NCBI GenBank assembly: GCA_017303995.1
Contig: JAFLBE010000006.1
Coordinates: 32,737 to 96,736, forward strand
From: Bacteroidota bacterium
GTDB taxonomy: Bacteria; Bacteroidota; JABWAT01
Length of the DNA: 64,000 nt
Direction: 5' to 3'
In this document: positions 59,376-64,000 of the stretch, piece after piece
Layout: each line of letters opens with the position of its first letter
Numbering within the stretch: the first letter of the stretch is position 1
The notes under the pieces: model-generated
What the model saw: only the letters and a program-made list of their open reading frames with translations
Databases searched by the model: none
What the model was told of the DNA's origin: nothing
Made by a program: the position numbers and the translations under genes

Positions 59376-60248
59376 TTAATCGATGAACCGTTTCAGGATA
59401 GGATCGTACGAATCGATCCTGCGGTCTCTTAAAAACGGCCAGTGAATCCTGTACGAATTGGTTTTGCTTAAATCCAGGGTTTCTACATGGATTTCTTCTT
59501 TATCATGACTGGCTTTGTACAACAATCTTCCGAACGGATTTGAGATAAACGATCCGCCCCAGAAGTTAAGTTCACCTTCAAGTCCGACACGGTTTACCGA
59601 AACCACATGAACGCCGTTGGCGACGGCATGTCCGCGCTGAATGGTTTGCCAGGCGTTATACTGTTCATCGTTGGTTGCTTCATCCTGTGAGGTGGCCCAG
59701 CCGATAGCAGTCGGATAAACAAGCAGATCAGCACCCATTAACGCTGTGATTCTTGCTGCTTCAGGGTACCACTGATCCCAGCAGATCAGGACGCCGATTT
59801 TGGCGAATTTCGTTTCAAAAACTTTGTAACCCAGATCGCCGGGTGTAAAATAAAATTTCTCGTAAAAGGAAGGGTCATCCGGAATGTGCATTTTCCGGTA
59901 TTTCCCGAGGTACGTTCCATCAGCATCCAGAACGGCGGTTGTGTTATGATACAATCCTTCCGTCCGTTTTTCGAAAAGGGATGCCACGATCACCACACCC
60001 AGTTCTTTTGCTACTTTTCCCAGTTCATCAGTTGATGGACCCGGAATTGGTTCAGCCAGATTGAAATTGTCATAATCTTCAACATCACAGAAATATAGTG
60101 ACTTGAATAATTCCTGAAGAACGATGATCTGAGCACCTGCTTTTGCTGTTTCCCGGATTTTCAGAATGGTTTTTCTCATGTTTTCTGCAGGATCCTTTGA
60201 ACAGGAAACCTGAATCATGCCCACATTGACGAGTTTTTCCTTCGCCAC
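59376..60248 (-). CDS. aguB: N-carbamoylputrescine amidase (carbon-nitrogen hydrolase family)
   Basis: The nitrilase-superfamily Glu/Lys/Cys triad contexts are LQELF, YRKMHIP and GVLICWDQWYPE. I chose the GTG start at 60248 (aagagg 6 nt upstream); the TTG at 60284 is the alternative. Confidence 0.85.
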   Translation of the reverse strand: MAKEKLVNVGMIQVSCSKDPAENMRKTILKIRETAKAGAQIIVLQELFKSLYFCDVEDYDNFNLAEPIPGPSTDELGKVAKELGVVIVASLFEKRTEGLYHNTTAVLDADGTYLGKYRKMHIPDDPSFYEKFYFTPGDLGYKVFETKFAKIGVLICWDQWYPEAARITALMGADLLVYPTAIGWATSQDEATNDEQYNAWQTIQRGHAVANGVHVVSVNRVGLEGELNFWGGSFISNPFGRLLYKASHDKEEIHVETLDLSKTNSYRIHWPFLRDRRIDSYDPILKRFID

Positions 60249-60494
60249 AACAGTCCTCTTTTCAAATTCAGTTAAAACCTGCAAAGGTAGGAAATTGACA
60301 GATTAAAGGGAAATGAATGGCAGATAAGGGTTAACCACGCCCAAGCTGAAGCACGGGTCTTTTTGAAAAAACACGAAGGACACGAAAGGGGAAAAAGGTG
60401 AGTCTAAATAAAATGCAAAAAGGAATTTTAAAGAAAAAGCACCTGGTTTCGTCCGGAGTATGTCTGTTGGTTTCCTTTAAATTTGTGGCCGGAC

Positions 60495-60652
60495 GAATGG
60501 AAGGTTTGGCATTTGAGAATCCGTCAGCTAAAGCAGACGGCAATAATATTTATAAAATTGAATGGTGACACAGGCATTTAATTGCCGTCTGCTTTAGCTG
60601 ACGGTTCATTTGAATGATCAAGAATTCTGGGTTTTAACCCAAACTTCCATTC
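60495..60652. repeat. Long inverted repeat with a perfect 24-bp core stem
   Basis: ccgtcagctaaagcagacggcaat (60521-60544) is exactly complementary to attgccgtctgctttagctgacgg (60581-60604), leaving a 36-nt AT-rich loop. The outer arms are gaatggaaggtttgg (60496-60510) and ccaaacttccattc (60639-60652). Confidence 0.85.
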
Positions 60653-60681
60653 CCGTAACCCGTAATTCGTGACCCGTAACC
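60652..60681. repeat. Heptad tract (cccgtaa cccgtaa ttcgtga cccgtaa cc)
   Basis: Seen directly, about 60 nt upstream of selU. Confidence 0.9.
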
Positions 60682-60739
60682 ATTCCGTCCCCGGTATTTT
60701 AAAATTTCGTATCTTTACAATTTACTTTCTGCAAAATCT

Positions 60740-61774
60740 ATGACGTTCCACTGCGACATTTCTGAATTCCTCGTCAAACGAAAACAATTTCCCGTTTTTG
60801 ATGTCCGTACCGAAGCAGAATTCCGGCAAGGGCATATTCCCGGCGCATTGAATCTCCCTCTTTTTTCTGTTGAGGAACGGCATATTATAGGATTGACCTA
60901 CAAAACAGAAGGCAAGCAAGCTGCTATTCTGAAAGGGCTGGATTTTGTCGGACCGAAAATGCGGCCAATCATCGAACAGGTTAAATCGGTTACCGATTCC
61001 CGGGTTGTTTTGGTTCATTGCTGGCGTGGCGGAATGAGAAGTGGTGCCGTTGGTTGGTTGCTAGGATTTTACGGTTTCACGGTTTATATCGTCAATGGCG
61101 GATATAAAGCTTATCGCAGGCATATTCTTGAGGAATTTAAAACATCAAAACCACTGATCATTCTGGGCGGAAGAACCGGCTCCGGGAAAACAGATGTGCT
61201 TCGACTCCTTCCGGAACGAAATCAACAGATCATTGATCTGGAACTGCTTGCCAATCATAAAGGTTCTGCTTTTGGTGACATTGATCAACCGGCACAGCCG
61301 ACTCAGGAACAGTTTGATAATGATCTTGGGATGGATTGGGTTTCGGTAAATCCTGAAAAAGTGGTCTGGCTGGAAGATGAAAGTCACAAAACCGGATCCA
61401 TTCAGATCAATGAATATTTCTGGCCGAAAATGAGAACGGCGCCGGTAATCTATCTGGATATTCCGGTTCAGGAACGGGCGAAAAAGCTGGTTGAAGAATA
61501 CGGAAAAACCGATCCGGTCAACCTGGAAAAATCAATCCTGAAAATCCGGGAAAAACTGGGCGGAACCGATACGAAACAATGTCTTCTCTGGCTTGAAACC
61601 GGTGACTGGCTGACCTTATCTGAATTTCTGTTGACCCGGTATTACGATCCGGGTTATGACTTCGGGACCTCAAAACGGGATCCGGAATCTATTATTCGTG
61701 TTCCCTGTGAAAAGATTGATCCGGCTGGAAATGCTGACCGTGTGGTGGAAGCAGTTAAAGCTGTTAGCTTTTAG
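60740..61774 (+). CDS. selU: tRNA 2-selenouridine synthase
   Basis: Rhodanese domain (FDVRTEAEFRQGHIPGALNLPL...VHCWRGGMRSG...GGYKAYRR) and P-loop GGRTGSGKT. Confidence 0.85.
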   Translation: MTFHCDISEFLVKRKQFPVFDVRTEAEFRQGHIPGALNLPLFSVEERHIIGLTYKTEGKQAAILKGLDFVGPKMRPIIEQVKSVTDSRVVLVHCWRGGMRSGAVGWLLGFYGFTVYIVNGGYKAYRRHILEEFKTSKPLIILGGRTGSGKTDVLRLLPERNQQIIDLELLANHKGSAFGDIDQPAQPTQEQFDNDLGMDWVSVNPEKVVWLEDESHKTGSIQINEYFWPKMRTAPVIYLDIPVQERAKKLVEEYGKTDPVNLEKSILKIREKLGGTDTKQCLLWLETGDWLTLSEFLLTRYYDPGYDFGTSKRDPESIIRVPCEKIDPAGNADRVVEAVKAVSF

Positions 61775-61801
61775 CTATTGGCTGTTAGGAAATTTCAATT
61801 A
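61760..61801. repeat. Heptad tract plus conserved tail (gctgtta gctttta gctattg gctgtta gg aaatttcaatta) overlapping the selU 3' end
   Basis: The last five selU codons and the TAG stop (61772-61774) lie inside the tract. Positions 61774-61801 match 13335-13369 at 26/28 once one heptad is removed. Confidence 0.85.
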
Positions 61802-61803
61802 GT

Positions 61804-62035
61804 CCCCCTTTCAAGGGGGTGTCCCGTAATCGGGACGGGGGTGTAGCTCAACAATAAAGTGAAATGCTAAGGGCTAAATGGTTAATGGTTAATGCAATAG
61901 ATTCCCCTCCTTTTTTAAAGGAGGGTATGTCACGGTCACTGAGCTGAGTCGAAGTGCCCGGGACAGTGTGGTTTTGTTTATAGAAATTCGATAAACCACC
62001 CCGGCTTCGCCACCCCTCCTTTCAAAAAGGAGGGG
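61804..62035. repeat. Cluster of four GC-stem hairpins with one heptad tract between them, in the selU-selD spacer
   Basis: The hairpins are ccccct-ttca-aggggg (61804-61819), gtcccg-taat-cgggac (61821-61836), ccctccttt-ttt-aaaggaggg (61905-61925) and cccctccttt-caa-aaaggagggg (62013-62035). The heptads gctaagg gctaaat ggttaat ggttaat gcaatag lie at 61866-61900. Confidence 0.85.
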
Positions 62036-62116
62036 AATTTAAACAAATAACAACAGGCAATTCGCAATTTGCTTCGCAGAACTTCGTTTCGTCATTCGTA
62101 ATTCGGAATTATACTC

Positions 62117-63169
62117 ATGACCTCAGACATCAAACTAACTCAATACAGCCACGGTGCGGGATGCGGATGCAAAATTTCCCCGGCCGTTCTCGATAAAATC
62201 CTCCAAACGCGGGAAGTGAAACCCGATTTTAAAAATCTGCTCGTCGGAAATCACAGCCGGGATGATGCTGCTGTTCTCGATATGGGAAACGGAATTGCAC
62301 TCATTTCTACAACTGATTTTTTTATGCCGATTGTGGATAATCCGTTTGAATTCGGGCGGATTGCTGCTGCCAATGCTATCAGTGATGTTTACGCCATGGG
62401 TGGAACACCGTCTCTGGCGATTGCAATTTTAGGTTGGCCGATTGATAAACTGGCTCCCGAAGTTGCCGGTCAGGTTGTTGATGGTGGCCGGTTTGCCTGT
62501 CAGGAAGCAGGAATTGCCCTTGCCGGCGGACATTCCATTGACTGTCCGGAACCAATTTTCGGGCTGGCTGTGAACGGATTTGTTCCGGTGAAAAACCTCA
62601 AACAAAACAATACCGCCAAAGCCGGAAATCTCTTATATTTAACAAAACCCCTTGGTGTCGGAATATTGACAACTGCTGAAAAAAAAGGGATTTTGAGAGA
62701 GCCGGAAGTCGGACTTGCAGCCCGGCAGATGATGGAACTGAATAAAATCGGTGCTGAACTCGGGAAAATGGAAAAAGTAACGGCTTTGACCGACGTTACC
62801 GGATTCGGACTTCTGGGTCACCTCGTCGAAATGGCTGCCGGAAGCGGACTTTCCGCTGAAGTGGATATGAAATCCATTCCGCTGATTATTGATGATTTAG
62901 TGTATTATATCCAGCTGAAATCCATTCCCGGTGGGACCAACAGGAATTGGGCCAGCTACGGATCGAAAATCGGACCGGTAACCGATGAGCAAAAAGCGAT
63001 CCTTGCCGATCCGCAGACCAGCGGCGGACTTATGATCGCCATTGATCCTTCAGGAAAAGATGAACTTGAAACTCTGCTGAAGGAAAACGGACTCGTGAAA
63101 TTTGCCAGACCCATCGGCAGGTTAATGCCGGAAAACCATGACCAACCCAGAATACAGATACGGAGCTGA
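62117..63169 (+). CDS. selD: Selenide, water dikinase (selenophosphate synthetase), Cys-type
   Basis: [16 protein letters not shown] (TGC Cys codons, not TGA), DDAAV and an AIR-synthase-like fold. Confidence 0.9.
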   Translation: MTSDIKLTQYSHGAGCGCKISPAVLDKILQTREVKPDFKNLLVGNHSRDDAAVLDMGNGIALISTTDFFMPIVDNPFEFGRIAAANAISDVYAMGGTPSLAIAILGWPIDKLAPEVAGQVVDGGRFACQEAGIALAGGHSIDCPEPIFGLAVNGFVPVKNLKQNNTAKAGNLLYLTKPLGVGILTTAEKKGILREPEVGLAARQMMELNKIGAELGKMEKVTALTDVTGFGLLGHLVEMAAGSGLSAEVDMKSIPLIIDDLVYYIQLKSIPGGTNRNWASYGSKIGPVTDEQKAILADPQTSGGLMIAIDPSGKDELETLLKENGLVKFARPIGRLMPENHDQPRIQIRS

Positions 63170-63172
63170 CCC

Positions 63173-64000
63173 ATGAAACCACTCGCCAAAGCCTACGATA
63201 AACCCGATTTTACCATTAGTGATCTTGAAGACCGGGGTCCGCAGCAGAACGTACTGCTCACCATTCCCGATTATTTTGATGTGATCGACGTGAAGAACGT
63301 GTACATGGAAGGCAGTATCATCGACCGGCGGCTGGCAAAACGGCAATGGCAGCAGCTTCGGGATACTTACGAAGCTTTATACAAACGCGGACTCATCCGC
63401 GGATTGTTTGTTGAACCGGGTGCTGAAGGTCTCGAAGATATGGTGTTCTGCTGCAACCCCATTTATTCCTGGGTGGTGGATGATACCCGCTGTGTCGTCC
63501 TTTCGCACATGCGTTACCCAAGCCGTCAGCGGGAAGTGGAACATCACCGGCTTTTCTGTGAACGTCAGGGATTTAAAATCATTGAGCTGGAAGGAAAAGG
63601 ACTTTTTGAAGGCGGCGGTGATGCCATTCCGCATCCGTACAAAAGATTGATCTGGGGTGGATATGGTCACCGGTCAGACCGGTTTATGTACGATGAAATT
63701 TCAGCAAAATTGAAAACGCCGATTATCTGTCTTGAACTCGTTTCTCCGTATTTTTATCATCTCGATACCTGTTTTTCTCCGCTGGATGATGATACCGTTC
63801 TCATTTGCCCCGAGGCCTTCAGCAAAGAAGGACTTGAAGTCATTCATCAGATGTACAAAAAAGTGTATGACATCCCGATGGCGGATGTGAAGGAAACTTT
63901 TTCCCTGAATTTCGACGCAGTGTTTGATGAATCCGGTGAGAAAAAAGTTGCCGTCATTCAAAAATCAAATTCTATCGTCATCGATATTCTTCAGAAGGAA
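63173..64000 (+). CDS. Amidinotransferase / DDAH-like (guanidino-group-modifying enzyme fold) family protein; the 3' end runs off the window
   Basis: Absent from the ORF track because it is open at the edge. My translation reads MKPLAKAYDKPDFTISDLEDRG...EDMVFCCNP...FEGGGDAI...FYHLDTCFSPLDDDT. The HLDT and acidic motifs are typical of this superfamily. It starts 4 nt after the selD stop. Confidence 0.6.
   Translation, partial: MKPLAKAYDKPDFTISDLEDRGPQQNVLLTIPDYFDVIDVKNVYMEGSIIDRRLAKRQWQQLRDTYEALYKRGLIRGLFVEPGAEGLEDMVFCCNPIYSWVVDDTRCVVLSHMRYPSRQREVEHHRLFCERQGFKIIELEGKGLFEGGGDAIPHPYKRLIWGGYGHRSDRFMYDEISAKLKTPIICLELVSPYFYHLDTCFSPLDDDTVLICPEAFSKEGLEVIHQMYKKVYDIPMADVKETFSLNFDAVFDESGEKKVAVIQKSNSIVIDILQKE

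Noticed and set aside
60331-60543. 70-aa minus-strand ORF in the aguB/selU intergenic region
   Set aside because: It runs into one arm of the 24-bp inverted repeat, has no RBS-like sequence and has an arbitrary composition.
62150-62180. Possible selenocysteine (UGA) recoding in selD
   Set aside because: The active-site motif is encoded as GAGCGCK with TGC codons, and the ORF has no in-frame TGA.
1-64000. tRNA, rRNA, transposase/integrase, prophage, toxin-antitoxin or known defence-system genes
   Set aside because: I scanned the intergenic regions for tRNA T-arm-like GGTTCGAATCC words and scanned all ORF translations for the hallmark motifs. I found none, and I may have missed small or divergent examples.

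Overview
This is a 64-kb chromosomal window with about 58 protein-coding genes on both strands, most of them housekeeping or metabolic.

**Gene content**
- DNA and RNA maintenance: parE-parC (topoisomerase IV), xth, an AlkA-like glycosylase, lon, rhlE, ychF.
- Signalling: two large sensor kinases, a tandem-receiver response regulator and a GGDEF protein.
- Transport and envelope: a TRAP transporter, kefG-kefB and mlaEFD.
- Metabolism: ppk1-ppx, bshB1, GH97, a fatty-acid desaturase and a hydroxylase, aguA/aguB, selU-selD.
- Secreted proteins: two proteins with type IX secretion C-terminal sorting domains.

The T9SS tails (NYPNPFNPETT), GH97, bshB1 and the Bacteroidetes-style ParE/ParC suggest an FCB-group bacterium (Ignavibacteria- or Bacteroidota-like). 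This is inference only. I found no rRNA, tRNA, CRISPR array, transposase, integrase, prophage or recognisable defence island.

**What stands out is the non-coding DNA**
1. At least 17 intergenic loci carry short tracts of degenerate 7-nt tandem units (for example taaggtt taaggag taaggcg taagggt). They usually start within a few nt of a stop codon and sometimes supply the last codons of a gene. Several tracts are near-copies of each other.
2. A hairpin module (AGCGAARATCCCGAW-loop-WTCGGGG) sits inside heptad arms. It occurs three times and shows one compensatory stem change.
3. CCCCTCCTTT-loop-AAAGGAGGGG hairpins pair an anti-SD-like arm with an SD-like arm.
4. An inverted-repeat family (TTCTCTGCG..CAGCG.CTCNGCGGT) brackets a GxxExxY (PD-(D/E)XK-like) gene inserted between aguA and aguB. 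It also occurs as ORF-less copies elsewhere.
5. There are long perfect or nested inverted repeats at 60495-60652 and 55470-55677.

**Protein-level oddities**
- A SixA-type histidine phosphatase is fused to a Lys/Ala/Pro-rich tail with about 10 AT-hook-like repeats, directly upstream of ppk1-ppx.
- The response regulator has a second receiver domain with Glu at the phospho-acceptor position.

All functional calls come from my reading of the translated ORFs against remembered family motifs. No searches were run.
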